Origin: Gemmatimonadaceae bacterium
Lineage (GTDB): Bacteria; Gemmatimonadota; Gemmatimonadetes; Gemmatimonadales; Gemmatimonadaceae
NCBI GenBank assembly: GCA_051859245.1
Contig: JBHYGA010000005.1
Coordinates: 128,001 to 192,000 of the forward strand
Direction of reading: 5' to 3'
DNA: 64,000 bases
Part shown: piece by piece, positions 9,576-25,836 of the stretch
Layout: every line of letters starts with the position of its first letter
How positions within the stretch are numbered: the first letter of the stretch is position 1
Program-made: the position numbers and the translations under genes
Notes under the pieces: generated by a model
What the model saw: the letters and a program-made list of their open reading frames with translations, nothing else
Told to the model about the DNA's origin: nothing
Database searches by the model: none

Positions 9576-9761
9576 TTGACCCTCGACCATCGTGATCCTG
9601 TCCGCACGTACGTCAAAATTTCGTAGTTTCGCTCCCTCCCGGTCCGCACGGCGTTCGCCGTTTTGCGCATCGGGAGCGGAGCGTTTCGTGTCCCTGATTA
9701 CCGCGTCGCGTTCGGCGGCGTTCGGCATCGGGATTCGACCCGTCGGTGAGCCCTTGACGCC

Positions 9762-14315
<4,554 letters not shown>

Positions 14316-14318
14316 CCA

Positions 14319-17300
14319 ATGATCGACTTTCGCAGCACGCGCGAAACCCGCGCATCGTCGTTCGACTACATCTCGGTACGCATCGCTTCTCCGGAAGAGA
14401 TTCGTGGCCCCAAAGATCCCAAGGAGCGCGAGCGGCTGGAGATGGCCGGCATGCGCACCTGGTGGTCGTGGGGTGAGGTCACCAAGCCCGAGACCATCAA
14501 CTACCGCTCATTCAAGCCTGAAAAAGACGGCTTGTTCTGCGAGCGCATTTTTGGTCCCGTCAAGGACTGGGAATGTCATTGCGGCAAGTACAAGCGCATC
14601 CGCTATCGCGGCGTCATCTGCGATCGTTGCGGCGTTGAAGTCACGCTGAGCAAGGTGCGTCGTGAGCGCATGGGCCATATCGAATTGGCCGTGCCGGTCG
14701 CGCACATCTGGTTCTTCAAAACGTTGCCGTCACCGATGGGCAACCTGCTTGATGTCACGCTCCGTGACCTCGAGAAGGTGATCTATTATTCCAACTACAT
14801 CGTCATCGATCCGGGCAATCAGGAGGTGCGTGAGCGCCAGTTGCTCGACGAAGACGAGTATCTCGATCTGCGCGCCAAGGCCAAGGCCGATGGTGATACC
14901 GGCTTTGTGGCCGATATCGGTGCGCCGGCGGTGCGTGAGCTGCTCAAGAAGCTCGACGTAGACAAAATCACGGAAGAGCTTCGCGCCGCCGTGATCACGG
15001 AAACGTCGCAGCATCGCAAGAAGCAGATGCTCAAGCGTCTCAAGATTGTGGATGCCTTCCGCACCAGCGGCGACGGCGGAGAAATTCGTAATCGTCCGGA
15101 GTGGATGATCCTCGACGTGATTCCGGTATTGCCGCCGGATCTGCGTCCGCTTGTGCCGCTTGATGGTGGACGTTTCGCCACGTCTGACCTCAACGATTTG
15201 TATCGTCGTGTCATCAACCGTAACAACCGTCTCGTCAAGCTGATCGCCCATCGTGCGCCGGAAGTCATTCTGCGCAACGAAAAGCGTATGCTGCAGGAAG
15301 CGGTCGACGCGTTGTTCGACAACGGTCGTCGATCCAAGGCCATTCGTGGTCGCGGCAAGCGTCCGCTCAAGTCGCTGTCCGATATGCTCAAGGGCAAGCA
15401 GGGCCGGTTCCGTCAGAACCTGCTCGGCAAGCGCGTGGACTACTCTGGCCGTTCGGTCATCGTTGTTGGTCCTGAGCTCAAGCTGCACCAGTGCGGTTTG
15501 CCCAAGATCATGGCGCTCGAACTCTTCAAGCCGTTCATCATCCACAAGCTCGTGGAGAACGGAATTGCGGAAACGGTAAAGCGCGCCAAGAAGATCGTGG
15601 AGCGTGAAAGCCCGCAGGTGTACGAAATTCTTGAAGACATCATCAAGGACCATCCGGTTCTGCTCAATCGCGCGCCCACGCTTCACCGCCTTGGTATCCA
15701 GGCGTTCGAGCCGGTGCTCGTTGAAGGCAAGGCTATCCGTATTCACCCACTCGTATGCGCGGCGTTCAACGCCGACTTCGACGGTGACCAGATGGCCGTG
15801 CACGTTCCGCTGTCGTTCGAAGCACAGATCGAAGCGCGCGTGCTCATGCTGTCATCAAACAACATTCTCAAGCCGTCCGACGGCCGCCCGGTGGCGGAGC
15901 CGTCACAGGACATCGTGCTCGGTTGTTACTTCGCGACCAAGCAGCCGGCTGGTTTTGATGCGTACGTGAAGGATCCGGTGGCGGCGGCGAAGTTGCCGGC
16001 GTACAACACCACGTCCGAACTCGAAATGCTGCTGGCGGGCAACCGTCTCACGCAGCACAACCCGATTCGCTGGTACCTGAAAGACGCTGTCGGTGGCCCG
16101 CGTTGGATCGTGACCACCGTTGGTCGTGTGTTGTTCAACGCGATCATGCCGGCGGGCATGGAGTTCTACAACAAGGACATGAAGAAGAAGGTCCTCGGCG
16201 AAATCGCCTTCGAGAGCTACCGCCAGTGCGGACTCGCGGAGACGGTGGCGTTCCTCGACCGCTTGAAGGAATTCGGCTTCCGCAACGCAACGCGCGGCGG
16301 TGTGTCGATTGGCATGGAAGACATGTACATCCCGGCCGAAAAGGCGGGCTTGCTGCGTGAAGCCGAACAGCGTGTGGATCGCTTCCAGCGTGCCTACGCC
16401 ACCGGTAACATCACGAACGGTGAGCGCTACAATAAGGTCATCGATACGTGGACGCACGCGAACACGGACATCGCCGACGCCATGGTCAAGGCCATGCGCG
16501 AATCACAGGGTGGTTTCAATCCTGTGTTCATGATGTTCGACTCGGGCGCTCGTGGTTCGCGCGACCAGATCCGTCAGTTGGCTGGTATGCGCGGCCTCAT
16601 GGCCAAGCCGCAGAAGAAACTCACCGGTGGTATTGGTGAAATCATTGAAAGCCCGATCAAATCGAACTTCCGTGAAGGTTTGTCGGTGCTTGAGTACTTC
16701 AGCTCCACACACGGAGCGCGTAAGGGTCTGGCCGACACGGCACTGAAAACGGCCGACGCCGGTTACCTCACGCGTCGTCTCGTAGACGTGGCGCAGGACA
16801 TGACGATTACGGAAGAGGATTGCGGTACGATCCTCGGCCTCGACATCGGCGCGTTGAAGGAAGGCGAAGATGTGATCGAGCCGCTCGCCGAGCGTTTGGT
16901 GGGCAACGTGGCCGCGGAAGACATTTACGATCCGATGGAGCGCGACGAAGCGGGACGTCCGCGGTTGCTCGCCGAATCGGGTACGCTGCTCGACGAAGAA
17001 ACCGCGCAGGCGATCGAAGATTCCGGTCTGGAAACGGCCCGTATTCGCTCGGTGCTTACGTGTGAAGCGAAGCGCGGTCTCTGCCGCATGTGCTACGGCC
17101 GCAACCTGGCCACCATGAAGATGGTGGACCTCGGTGAAGCGGTTGGCATCATCGCGGCGCAGTCCATTGGTGAGCCGGGCACGCAGCTTACACTGCGTAC
17201 CTTCCACATCGGTGGTACCGCGGCTCGTATTGCCGAACAGACGTCACGCAAAACCAAGAAGGCCGGCTTCATCGAGCTCGGCGATCGATTGGTCACGGTG

Positions 17301-18641
17301 GAAAACATCGAAGGCAATCGTATTGTCACCTCGTACGAAGGCGAGCTGCTCATCAAGGCGGCCAACGACAAGAACGCCGCTGTCGAAGCACGCCTCGCAG
17401 TACCGCTCGGCGCCATCCTCATGGTTGAAGATGGTCAGAAGGTGGAGAAGGAAGACGTGGTCTTTACGTGGGACCCGTACTCCAACCCCATCATCGCCGA
17501 TGTGGAAGGCGAGATTCGTTTCGTGGACCTTGTGGAAGACGAAACAGTGGCCGAAGAACTCGACGAACTGACCGGTTTGCGTCAGCGCGTTGTGATCGAA
17601 GACCGCGAAAAGAAGTTGCATCCGCACATCGAGATCTGGCAGAAGAAGAGCGGCAAGGAACAGCGTATCCGCGACTTCGTGATGCCAATCGGCGCCGTGC
17701 TGGTCATCGAAGACGGCGAGCAGATCAAGGCGGGTACGACCATCGCCAAGATCAGCCGCGAAGCCTACAAGACGCGCGACATCACCGGCGGTCTGCCGCG
17801 AGTTGCCGAGCTCTTTGAAGCCCGTCGTCCGAAGGATCCGGCCACGATTTCCGAAGTGGATGGTTTCGTGCGCTTTGGTGAAATCAAGCGTGGCAAGCGT
17901 GAGATCTTCGTGCGCCCGGCGCGCATTGAAGGTCCGGTGTGGACGGTAGACGATGCGCAGCCGGAGCAGTTGTACGACGTACCGGCTGGTAAGCACTTGC
18001 GTGTGCACGAGGGCGACCGCGTGCGCGCTGGTGATCGTCTGTCGGAAGGCCCGGTCAATCCGCATGACATCTTGCGCATCAAGGGCCCGCGTGCGGTACA
18101 GGAATATCTGCTCAACGAAGTGCAGGAGGTGTATCGCCTGCAGGGGGTGAAGATCAACGACAAGCACATTGGCGTGATCGTCAAGCAGATGTTGCAGAAG
18201 GTTCGCATTTTCGATCCGGGTCAGACGCCCATGCTCGAAGGCGAACATGTGGATCGCAGCACGTTCCGCGATGCCAACGAGGAGGCCAAGAAGGAGAAGC
18301 GTCAGCCCGCAACTGCGGAGCCGTTGCTGCTCGGTATTACCAAGGCGTCTCTCACCACGCAGTCGTTCGTGTCGGCGGCTTCCTTCCAGGAAACCACGCG
18401 CGTACTCACGGATGCCGCGATTCGCGGTTTGCGCGACGACTTGTTGGGTCTCAAGGAAAACATCATCATCGGCCATCTCATCCCGGCTGGTACGGGTATG
18501 TATCGTTACTCCGATGTGGATGTCGACAGCGAGGCGTTGCCAGAGCCGGAGCCGTTGCCGGCGCTGGAGCCCACGTTCGACCCGTTCATGCCGGGTGCAT
18601 TGCCGGAAGCGGCGGTGTTCTCGTTGGGCGGCGACGAGTAA
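14319..18641 (+). CDS. rpoC: RNA polymerase beta' subunit
   Basis: [12 protein letters not shown], Zn finger, [11 protein letters not shown]. Confidence 0.98.
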   Translation: MIDFRSTRETRASSFDYISVRIASPEEIRGPKDPKERERLEMAGMRTWWSWGEVTKPETINYRSFKPEKDGLFCERIFGPVKDWECHCGKYKRIRYRGVICDRCGVEVTLSKVRRERMGHIELAVPVAHIWFFKTLPSPMGNLLDVTLRDLEKVIYYSNYIVIDPGNQEVRERQLLDEDEYLDLRAKAKADGDTGFVADIGAPAVRELLKKLDVDKITEELRAAVITETSQHRKKQMLKRLKIVDAFRTSGDGGEIRNRPEWMILDVIPVLPPDLRPLVPLDGGRFATSDLNDLYRRVINRNNRLVKLIAHRAPEVILRNEKRMLQEAVDALFDNGRRSKAIRGRGKRPLKSLSDMLKGKQGRFRQNLLGKRVDYSGRSVIVVGPELKLHQCGLPKIMALELFKPFIIHKLVENGIAETVKRAKKIVERESPQVYEILEDIIKDHPVLLNRAPTLHRLGIQAFEPVLVEGKAIRIHPLVCAAFNADFDGDQMAVHVPLSFEAQIEARVLMLSSNNILKPSDGRPVAEPSQDIVLGCYFATKQPAGFDAYVKDPVAAAKLPAYNTTSELEMLLAGNRLTQHNPIRWYLKDAVGGPRWIVTTVGRVLFNAIMPAGMEFYNKDMKKKVLGEIAFESYRQCGLAETVAFLDRLKEFGFRNATRGGVSIGMEDMYIPAEKAGLLREAEQRVDRFQRAYATGNITNGERYNKVIDTWTHANTDIADAMVKAMRESQGGFNPVFMMFDSGARGSRDQIRQLAGMRGLMAKPQKKLTGGIGEIIESPIKSNFREGLSVLEYFSSTHGARKGLADTALKTADAGYLTRRLVDVAQDMTITEEDCGTILGLDIGALKEGEDVIEPLAERLVGNVAAEDIYDPMERDEAGRPRLLAESGTLLDEETAQAIEDSGLETARIRSVLTCEAKRGLCRMCYGRNLATMKMVDLGEAVGIIAAQSIGEPGTQLTLRTFHIGGTAARIAEQTSRKTKKAGFIELGDRLVTVENIEGNRIVTSYEGELLIKAANDKNAAVEARLAVPLGAILMVEDGQKVEKEDVVFTWDPYSNPIIADVEGEIRFVDLVEDETVAEELDELTGLRQRVVIEDREKKLHPHIEIWQKKSGKEQRIRDFVMPIGAVLVIEDGEQIKAGTTIAKISREAYKTRDITGGLPRVAELFEARRPKDPATISEVDGFVRFGEIKRGKREIFVRPARIEGPVWTVDDAQPEQLYDVPAGKHLRVHEGDRVRAGDRLSEGPVNPHDILRIKGPRAVQEYLLNEVQEVYRLQGVKINDKHIGVIVKQMLQKVRIFDPGQTPMLEGEHVDRSTFRDANEEAKKEKRQPATAEPLLLGITKASLTTQSFVSAASFQETTRVLTDAAIRGLRDDLLGLKENIIIGHLIPAGTGMYRYSDVDVDSEALPEPEPLPALEPTFDPFMPGALPEAAVFSLGGDE

Positions 18642-18664
18642 TCGCGTCAGCAGTTCTGTTTTCA

Positions 18665-18706
18665 GCGGGCCCGAGCGACGAAAGTTGCTCGGGCCCGTTT
18701 GTTTTT
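18665..18706 (+). terminator. intrinsic terminator of rpoBC
   Basis: GCGGGCCCGAGCGAC-GAAA-GTTGCTCGGGCCCGT followed by TTGTTTTT. Confidence 0.88.
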
Positions 18707-18723
18707 CCCTCCATCAGTTTTCC

Positions 18724-18877
18724 GTTGCAGTTTTCGTGTCCTTCGTGCTTTCGTGTCCTTCCCGCCGCAGTTCCCTCGCTGACCGGAGCATTTACGCTTC
18801 AAAGCGAGATGCTCCTAGTGCTGGGGGAACTGCGGCGGGAAGGACACGAAAGCACGAAAGACACGAAGAAGAGCAAC
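18724..18877. repeat. long inverted-repeat element, family A (CACGAAAG-type sub-repeats)
   Basis: ~50-bp arms TTCGTGTCCTTCGTGCTTTCGTGTCCTTCCCGCCGCAGTTCCC and GGGAACTGCGGCGGGAAGGACACGAAAGCACGAAAGACACGAA; inner hairpin with TTCAAA at the loop. Confidence 0.85.
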
Positions 18878-18955
18878 AGATTCTTGGAATGAAATGCAAC
18901 AGCGGGCGCGCACGTTGCTTGACTGTGCAGGCGGATAGGGCGCACGTTTGGGAGC

Positions 18956-20422
18956 GTGCGGATACTGCTGATTGTTCTTGGGCTTGTGATCGCGGGTGCG
19001 CTGGTGGCGTACGCGTTGCGCGCGACGTTCCGGCGTATGGGGCGTCGGGCGCTGCTTCGGTTTCGGGCGCGCGTTGATCGGTACAAGTTTGCGGATAAGC
19101 AGCACACCATGCAGGCGGTGCTCGCGCAGCCGGAGATCGTGGCGGCGGTGCAGCAGCACGCGCGTGATGTAGGCGAGAGTGAGGAGCAATCGTGGCGTCG
19201 GGTGCGGCGGTACCTCGATGAGATTGTGCCGCAGTTCAACGTGCTCGCGTACTACCGGTTTGGGTACACGATTGCCAACGCGGTGCTGCGACTTTTCTGG
19301 AAGTTGTCCGTGCATTCGGCCACGCCTGGTGCAGTGCAGCGACTGCGGAAAGACGCCATCGTCGTGTACCTCATCAACCATCGATCCAATGCGGACTATT
19401 TGCTCGTCGCGTGGGCGTTGGCGGGCAGTGTGTCGATTTCGTACGCGGTGGGCGAGTGGGCACGTGCGTTTCCGCTGGAGTTTTTGTTCAAGCGGTTTGG
19501 GTCGTATTTCATTCGGCGCGGATACCGCGAAACGTTGTATCACACGGTGCTTGAGCAGTACGTGCAGCACATTACGCAGCGCGGCGTCACGCAGGGGATT
19601 TTTCCGGAGGGTGGCCTCACGCGCGATGGTCGATTGCGACCGGGAAAAGTCGGGCTGCTCGACTATCTGCTTGGTGTGGCGCGCGAGCCGGAGTATCGCG
19701 ATCGATTGTATCTCGTGCCTGTGGCGCTCAACTACGATCGTGTGCTTGAGGATCGCACGCTGCTGCGCGAGTTACACGTGCGCGAGGGCGGGGAGCGACC
19801 GTCTCGTTTGCTGCAGTTGAGTGAAGTGGTGCGCTATGCGGGCTGGAATGTGCTGCGTGTGCTCACCGGGCGGTTCCGTCGGTACGGTCGAGCGGCGGTG
19901 ATTGTGGGTGATCCCGTGCCAATGGCGCCGTGGTTTGCTGCCGAAGATGCACGCGCCGGTGGTTCGCTGTTCGATCTGCCGAGAGAACAGCGGCTTGGTC
20001 GCATTCAATCGGTGTGTGACGACATGCTCCAGCGCATTGGGGCGATTATTCCCGTTACGCCGGTACCGCTTGCGTGCGCGGCGATTCAGAGTTTTGACAG
20101 CGATGTGATCACGCGTGCGCAGTTGCTTGCGCGTATGTCGGAGATGCGTGAAGTGCTGGTGGAGCTGAACGGGCGGGAGTTACGGAGCGATCGGGATATC
20201 GGCGAGACGTTCGATATCGCGTACCGCATGTTGCGCATGCGACATGTGCTCACGCGGCATGGTGACACGTATGTGGTGCTCGGCCGCGGGCGGGAGTTGG
20301 TGAGTTATTACGCCAACTCGATTGCGCATTTGCTCGGGGCGTACGAGGCCAGCGTGAGAGCGCGGGATGCGTTGCCGGCGATGGCGGCGGTGGGGGAGAT
20401 GCGGAGCGTATCGCGGGCGTAG
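18956..20422 (+). CDS. glycerol-3-phosphate / lysophospholipid acyltransferase (PlsB/PlsC-like)
   Basis: NHRSNADY (HxxxxD), FIRR, FPEGGLTRDG. Confidence 0.85.
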   Translation: MRILLIVLGLVIAGALVAYALRATFRRMGRRALLRFRARVDRYKFADKQHTMQAVLAQPEIVAAVQQHARDVGESEEQSWRRVRRYLDEIVPQFNVLAYYRFGYTIANAVLRLFWKLSVHSATPGAVQRLRKDAIVVYLINHRSNADYLLVAWALAGSVSISYAVGEWARAFPLEFLFKRFGSYFIRRGYRETLYHTVLEQYVQHITQRGVTQGIFPEGGLTRDGRLRPGKVGLLDYLLGVAREPEYRDRLYLVPVALNYDRVLEDRTLLRELHVREGGERPSRLLQLSEVVRYAGWNVLRVLTGRFRRYGRAAVIVGDPVPMAPWFAAEDARAGGSLFDLPREQRLGRIQSVCDDMLQRIGAIIPVTPVPLACAAIQSFDSDVITRAQLLARMSEMREVLVELNGRELRSDRDIGETFDIAYRMLRMRHVLTRHGDTYVVLGRGRELVSYYANSIAHLLGAYEASVRARDALPAMAAVGEMRSVSRA

Positions 20423-20442
20423 TTGCGGGAGCTGGCATCGGA

Positions 20443-20595
20443 AACTGCTTGGAACGCAGAGACGCAGAGACGCAGAGACTGGACGCCACTGTAGGCGTTG
20501 CATCATTCAAAAGAATGAAAATGTGTGGGTCTCGATACCATCCTGGTCGCGGCAGGCAGTCTCTGCGCCTCTGCGTCTCTGTGTTCCAAGCAGTT
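20443..20595. repeat. long inverted-repeat element, family B (CGCAGAGA x3)
   Basis: AACTGCTTGGAACGCAGAGACGCAGAGACGCAGAGACTG, ~75 nt spacer, near-perfect reverse complement; lies between convergent genes. Confidence 0.88.
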
Positions 20596-20652
20596 GTGGA
20601 TGTCAGTCGCTCGACGCCCGCAGCGGACTTGCACCAACGCCGCCCGCGTCAG

Positions 20653-22602
20653 CTACGGCCGCGGTTCGCGCTGAAACGAGGACGGCCGATTGCCCGTCTC
20701 ACGCCGCAGCGAATCAAGCCGCGCCCGCACCCAACTCGATGCCGGTGACAACGCGCTATTCGCCTGCGACATCGGTACCACAAACTCCTTGGCCTTGGTA
20801 CCTTCGCCGCCCTGCACATCGGTGATCACACTCACCACGTGCAGGCTGTCACCGCGTTCGAAGTAGATACCGGACAACACATAGTTCGCGCGCAACGCAA
20901 AGCCCGCCGCCGTGGGATTCGGCAGTCGGTTGCCAAACGCTTTTTGCGCCGCTGATGCTGATACGATCTCAAGACGACGCGAACCCTGCAGTGACGTCTC
21001 GACGCTCTGCAGCAAACTCGCGCCGAAACTGTCGTACGTGCTATCGCGCGTTCCGTTGCGATACGGCAGCAACGCAATTCGACGTGTACCGGGATCAGGC
21101 GGTGCCATCAAAGGCACGATGGACGACACGGAAACGTTGGTGCGTGATCCGCCTACACGCACCGAGTCGTTCACTCCCAGCGGAGCGCGCGTACCCGGCG
21201 GCCGCGGTGGTTCGCGAAACTCGAATCGCATATTGCCAACGCCGGACATCGCGAGTGATTCGGCCGCGAGTGCACGCGCGGTGGATTGCAGGACCAGCGT
21301 TTGCAACGCTTGCTGACGCGGCGAGTTCGCGAGCGCTGCTTCCATGCGCGAGATCGCGCGCTCCATGGAATCGGCAAAGATCTTTGAGACTTCGGCGATC
21401 AGCGAATCGCGATCAATAGCGTCGCTGTTCGACGTGGCTGAACCGCCAGCCCCGGTATCGCGACCGCGCAGCGTCTGGGCAATCGCAATCGATTCGGCCG
21501 GTGTAATTCCGAGCGGCATACTGATGCCCGCCGGTCTGTCTCCACCAACCGGCAGGTCGCGGTACACCACCACCGTCTCGGCGGCTGCGGCCGCGACACC
21601 ATTCGTGGAATCGCGCGTTGCCGAGGCCAGCGTTGTTGGGTCTGCTGTTGGTCGCAGCATGGTGTACGCGACCGTGCCAACCACAAGTAGCAGCGCGACA
21701 GCCAGCAATCCACGCGATGACCGCGAGGCGGAAGCACCGGCAACTTCACCGCTTACGTTCATGCTCACTGCGTCGATTTTCTCGAGTAACATCGACGCCG
21801 TCTCGGGCCGCTTGTTCGCGTCCTTTTCCAGACACTGCATGATCACAGCCGACAACGACGCCGGAATATCAGGCTGCGTGATATGCGGCGCGGTTGGACG
21901 TACGGTGAGCTGCGCGGCGAGCGTGGCTTGTGGCGACGTGCCGGAGAACGGCGCCGTACCCGTCAACAGTTCATACGCCAGCAATCCAATCGCGTATAAA
22001 TCGACGCGATGATCAGCCGCTGGATCCGCCGCCAACTGTTCCGGCGCCATGTACGCGGGCGTACCAATTGCCATACCGCTGGTGGTGTGCCCGGCAATTG
22101 GAATCGCCGCGCTCAACGCTTTCGCCACGCCAAAGTCGGTGACCACGGCGTGCGAACCACTCATCAGGATGTTGCCCGGCTTGATATCCCGGTGCACGAC
22201 ACCACGGCTGTGCGCGTAGGCGAGGGCGTCCACCACGTTGTGCAAAATGCGCAGCACTTCACGCACGGGCAGCTTGCCGCGCTTGTCGAGCGTCACACGC
22301 AGTGATTCACCTTCAATGAACGGCATGGTGAACCACAACAGATCGTCGCGTTCACCGGCGGTGAGCAGCGGCACCACGTGCGGATGCTGCAACTGCGCGG
22401 CGAGCTGAATCTCGCGCCGAAAGCGTTCCTTGTTCACGCCGGCGGCAAGATCGGGCGGCAAGACTTTTACCACCACACGTCGGCCGAGTGCGCGTTCGGT
22501 GGCCACGAACACGCGCGACATGCCGCCGCCACCGAGCTCACGCTCGAGGTTGTATTCAGGCCCCAAGGCCTCGCGAAGTCGGATAGCGAGCGTGTCAGTC
22601 AC
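20653..22602 (-). CDS. Hanks-type Ser/Thr protein kinase with TM helix and C-terminal TolB-N-like domain
   Basis: LGGGGMSRVF, VVVK, HRDIKPGN, DFG, GTPAYMAPE; C-terminal IALLPY.N. Confidence 0.9.
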   Translation of the reverse strand: MTDTLAIRLREALGPEYNLERELGGGGMSRVFVATERALGRRVVVKVLPPDLAAGVNKERFRREIQLAAQLQHPHVVPLLTAGERDDLLWFTMPFIEGESLRVTLDKRGKLPVREVLRILHNVVDALAYAHSRGVVHRDIKPGNILMSGSHAVVTDFGVAKALSAAIPIAGHTTSGMAIGTPAYMAPEQLAADPAADHRVDLYAIGLLAYELLTGTAPFSGTSPQATLAAQLTVRPTAPHITQPDIPASLSAVIMQCLEKDANKRPETASMLLEKIDAVSMNVSGEVAGASASRSSRGLLAVALLLVVGTVAYTMLRPTADPTTLASATRDSTNGVAAAAAETVVVYRDLPVGGDRPAGISMPLGITPAESIAIAQTLRGRDTGAGGSATSNSDAIDRDSLIAEVSKIFADSMERAISRMEAALANSPRQQALQTLVLQSTARALAAESLAMSGVGNMRFEFREPPRPPGTRAPLGVNDSVRVGGSRTNVSVSSIVPLMAPPDPGTRRIALLPYRNGTRDSTYDSFGASLLQSVETSLQGSRRLEIVSASAAQKAFGNRLPNPTAAGFALRANYVLSGIYFERGDSLHVVSVITDVQGGEGTKAKEFVVPMSQANSALSPASSWVRARLDSLRRETGNRPSSFQREPRP

Positions 22603-22811
22603 AGGATGTGGGAGAGTCTACCAGAACATACGTTCGCCACCATGGCGACGTTACGGCAGGCCGACGAATTCAGCAGTAATGGAGCGCAAGGTGTCGTGCA
22701 TTGATGGCCGGGCACCCGCGCCGTCATTGGCGTGGGGACCTTCCGGGTCGTAACATCGTACTATCTGTCTGACAGCGTGACAGCCCTCACAAGATGCCAA
22801 GGGAGTTCGAA

Positions 22812-23378
22812 ATGCGCATGGTATGGACACTGGCCGCAGCGGCAACGTTGACCGGCTGTGCAAGCGGTGCTGGCGCGCCAGAGCCTGAGCTCGGGCCGAG
22901 CAGCCGCGTGACCACACAGACGGTACAGGGCCTCGCGGGCGGTTCTACCGTCGCGATGGTTAACAACGCCAGTGCGGTCGGGAGCACGGTTGATGGCAGT
23001 GTGGACGTGACCTGGTCGGCATTGCAGTCAGCGTACGCCTCGCTGGAAATCCCGCTCAGTATGCGCGACAACGCCAAGAAGTCGCTCGGCAACACCGCCT
23101 TCCGCACGCGTCGCCGCGTGGGGTCTGTTCCCATGATCCGAGCCGTGGACTGTGGTGGTGAGAGCGGCATGCCGAATGCCGAGACGTACGACATTACCCT
23201 CGAAATCACGTCACTGGTCACGCCTACGCCGGACGGTCGCTCGCGTCTACAAACGCTGGTGCAGGGCTCGGCGCGTCGTCCTTCGGGTGGCAATGTGACC
23301 GAGGTGCGCTGCACGTCACTTGGCGGCCTGGAGAACAAGATCTCCGAAATGGTCGAAAAGATCGTCGCCGGTAAATAG
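22812..23378 (+). CDS. hypothetical lipoprotein
   Basis: Lipobox LTGC after a short signal peptide; GGAG RBS; Cys pair (DCG, CTSLG.LE). Confidence 0.7.
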   Translation: MRMVWTLAAAATLTGCASGAGAPEPELGPSSRVTTQTVQGLAGGSTVAMVNNASAVGSTVDGSVDVTWSALQSAYASLEIPLSMRDNAKKSLGNTAFRTRRRVGSVPMIRAVDCGGESGMPNAETYDITLEITSLVTPTPDGRSRLQTLVQGSARRPSGGNVTEVRCTSLGGLENKISEMVEKIVAGK

Positions 23379-23399
23379 CCGCCCGGGTCGCGGTGGCGG

Positions 23400-23428
23400 T
23401 TGACCCGGAACCCTGAGCTGTATAAGCT
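23400..23428 (+). promoter_or_regulatory. sigma70 promoter of rpsL-rpsG
   Basis: TTGACC-N17-TAAGCT. Confidence 0.65.
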
Positions 23429-23575
23429 TAGGGTTCTGTTCCGTGCCGCCCGTCAGGAGCGGTCGCCTTTGTGCGGCCGCACCACTGGTCCCGGGGTCCC
23501 CGACGCCCGATGCACCCGACGCGCGATCCACGTAGAGGTCGGAGTTCGAACACATAACGCAGGTGTTTTCGGCGA

Positions 23576-23980
23576 ATGCCAACGATTAACCAGCTCGTCC
23601 GCAAGGCGCGCAAGGACGTCAAGCGCACTGACAAGGCGCCGGCCCTCAAGGCCAATCCGTTCAAGCGTGGCGTCTGTACGCGTGTGTACACCACCACGCC
23701 CAAGAAGCCCAACTCGGCGCTTCGCAAAGTCGCCCGTGTGCGCCTTACCAACCAGTTTGAAGTCACCGCCTACATCCCGGGTGAAGGACACAACCTGCAG
23801 GAGCATTCGATTGTGCTCGTGCGCGGTGGTCGTGTGAAGGACCTTCCGGGTGTGCGCTACCACATCGTGCGCGGCTCCCTCGACGCATCGGGCGTCAACG
23901 GTCGTAACCAGAGCCGCTCCAAGTACGGGACCAAGCGTCCAAAGCCCGGCCAGCCCGCGGCAGGAGCTAAGAAGAAGTGA
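23576..23980 (+). CDS. rpsL: 30S ribosomal protein S12
   Basis: [23 protein letters not shown]. Confidence 0.98.
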   Translation: MPTINQLVRKARKDVKRTDKAPALKANPFKRGVCTRVYTTTPKKPNSALRKVARVRLTNQFEVTAYIPGEGHNLQEHSIVLVRGGRVKDLPGVRYHIVRGSLDASGVNGRNQSRSKYGTKRPKPGQPAAGAKKK

Positions 23981-24447
23981 GCCGCCGCAAAAGTTCAGTC
24001 AAGCGCGTGATTCTGCCCGACGCACGCTACGATAGCCAGACCGTCAGCAAGTTCATCAACTCGCTGATGCAGGACGGCAAGAAGTCCACCGCCGAAGGCA
24101 TTTTCTACAAGGCCATGGACACGGTCGAGAACAAGACCAGCCAGCCCGGCGTCACCGTTTTCAAGCAGGCACTCAACAACCTCAAGCCGGTTGTCGAAGT
24201 GAAGAGCCGCCGCGTTGGTGGTGCCACGTACCAGGTGCCCGTCGAAGTCCGTCAGGATCGTCGTACGGCCCTCGCGATGCGTTGGCTCATCAGCTACTCG
24301 CGCGACCGTAACGAAAAGTCGATGGACGAGAAGCTGGCCGCCGAAGTGCTCGCCGCCGCGCGTGGTGAAGGCAACGCCATCAAGAAGAAGGAAGACACGC
24401 ACCGCATGGCCGAAGCCAACAAGGCCTTCGCGCACTATCGCTGGTAA
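23977..24447 (+). CDS. rpsG: 30S ribosomal protein S7
   Basis: [27 protein letters not shown]. Confidence 0.98.
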   Translation: MSRRKSSVKRVILPDARYDSQTVSKFINSLMQDGKKSTAEGIFYKAMDTVENKTSQPGVTVFKQALNNLKPVVEVKSRRVGGATYQVPVEVRQDRRTALAMRWLISYSRDRNEKSMDEKLAAEVLAAARGEGNAIKKKEDTHRMAEANKAFAHYRW

Positions 24448-24465
24448 GCAGTTTTCCGCTCGATC

Positions 24466-24501
24466 AAACGCGCCCCGGTCCACTGGATCGGGGCGCGTTT
24501 T
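24466..24501 (+). terminator. intrinsic terminator after rpsG
   Basis: AAACGCGCCCCGGTCC-act-GGATCGGGGCGCGTTTT. Confidence 0.8.
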
Positions 24502-24695
24502 GCATTCGTGCCACAAGCCATCGGGCGGCGGAACAACGGGTCGCGATTGCTCAGTTCGGACCAGCCGCGTGACGAAAGCGACACCCAGCGTGTGCTTCCG
24601 TGACCGCGGAAAAATGACCTCGTCTGCTCTCTGAGCACCACGTTTTCATCACTCGCGCTGCGGCTGCGCAACCGCCCCACAGGGCACGCGCACCG

Positions 24696-24788
24696 CGGTC
24701 ACGACAACGGCAAACCCGTCGAAAGGCGGGGACGCAAAGCCACGAGGCTACCGCACGCTCCGCGTGCCACGCCAGTCGGGTTACCGAA
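24696..24788 (+). ncRNA. cyclic di-GMP-I (GEMM-I) riboswitch
   Basis: CGGTCAC..GGCAAACCCGTC-GAAA-GGCGGGGACGCAAAGCCACGAGGCTAC...CAGTCGGGTTACCG, with GNRA tetraloop, receptor stem and P1. Ends 8 nt before the GAGG RBS. Confidence 0.9.
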
Positions 24789-24808
24789 CGACCCCGAGGT
24801 CTGCGCGC

Positions 24809-25648
24809 ATGTTTCGCCCCACACGTGTTCTTGGCACCATGGCCGTCGTGAGTACGCTGCTCGGTTGTCAGAGCGGTGATCTCACGTCGCCGTTCGACGC
24901 GTCTGAACGTCAGGTGCCCATCACCGCCGCGGCGACTTCCGATAACGCGCGTCGTTTCAGGATTCCCACGCTGCCCGTTGACTCCGCCTCGGACGACCGT
25001 GGCAATACGGGATTCCTCGTACCGGTGCGCGCGACGGGCTTCGCGCTGACTCCAATCGCGTTCGGATCGACCGCCACGGGATCGTGCCTGCAGGAAGGCA
25101 GCCGGTTCGGCGAATGGACGGTGCGGTACCACGGCTACGGTTGTGTTTCGCTTGAGCAGACATCAGGTACTGTGGCGCTGGCCATGGAGCCCACATCGGC
25201 GCTCAGCTTTGCGGCCACGCACGCGCCGCTCACGGTTGGTCCGCAACATACCGATCGATTTGTGCTTAGCACCGACATTGAAACGGTGCGCCAGACGCGC
25301 GTCGGCAGCGCGCCAAACCCGTGGGAAGTCGCGTGGGTGATCTGGCAGTTCACCGACGACGAGCACTTCTACTATTTCATTCCCAAGCCCGATGGCTGGG
25401 AGCTCGGGAAGCGCGACCCGGCATATCCGGGTGGTCAGCGCTTTCTGGCCACGGGTACGCAGCGCGTGTTTCCCATTGGCCAGGTCTACCGGGTGGAAGT
25501 GCAGCAGCGCGGTACGCTCATGAGCGTGTCGGTTGATGGGGTGGAGATTGTGCAGTTTCGCGACACGGAGCGCCCCTATCGCGCCGGTCGCTTTGCGCTC
25601 TATTCGGAAGACGCCGCCATCCGCGTGCACGAGGTTTCGAGCCTGTAA
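24809..25648 (+). CDS. lipoprotein with ConA/lectin-like (DUF1080-like) beta-sandwich domain
   Basis: Lipobox LLGC; PNPWEVAWVIW.FTD.EHFYYF..KP.GWELGK.DP.YPGGQRFL; SVDG...D..RPY..G...LYSED. Confidence 0.7.
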   Translation: MFRPTRVLGTMAVVSTLLGCQSGDLTSPFDASERQVPITAAATSDNARRFRIPTLPVDSASDDRGNTGFLVPVRATGFALTPIAFGSTATGSCLQEGSRFGEWTVRYHGYGCVSLEQTSGTVALAMEPTSALSFAATHAPLTVGPQHTDRFVLSTDIETVRQTRVGSAPNPWEVAWVIWQFTDDEHFYYFIPKPDGWELGKRDPAYPGGQRFLATGTQRVFPIGQVYRVEVQQRGTLMSVSVDGVEIVQFRDTERPYRAGRFALYSEDAAIRVHEVSSL

Positions 25649-25836
25649 CCGCCGGGGCTACACCGCAGTCGTTTGCCCCTGCCGCGCGTGACGCGCCGCG
25701 CCGCGAGCGTGACCCAACGAACCAGAGCCTCGTCGTAAGGACAGCAGGACGATGTCCAGTCCTGTAACACCGTCCTTCGGCGAACTCAGTGCTAGCGAGC
25801 GCTAGCATGACGCCGACCGTTCTCCTACGTTGCGCC

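Noticed and set aside
20443..20595. CRISPR array (repeat-spacer appearance; also 48163, 31031, 56445)
   Set aside because: Repeats are inverted pairs with a single spacer, not direct arrays, and no cas genes are present.
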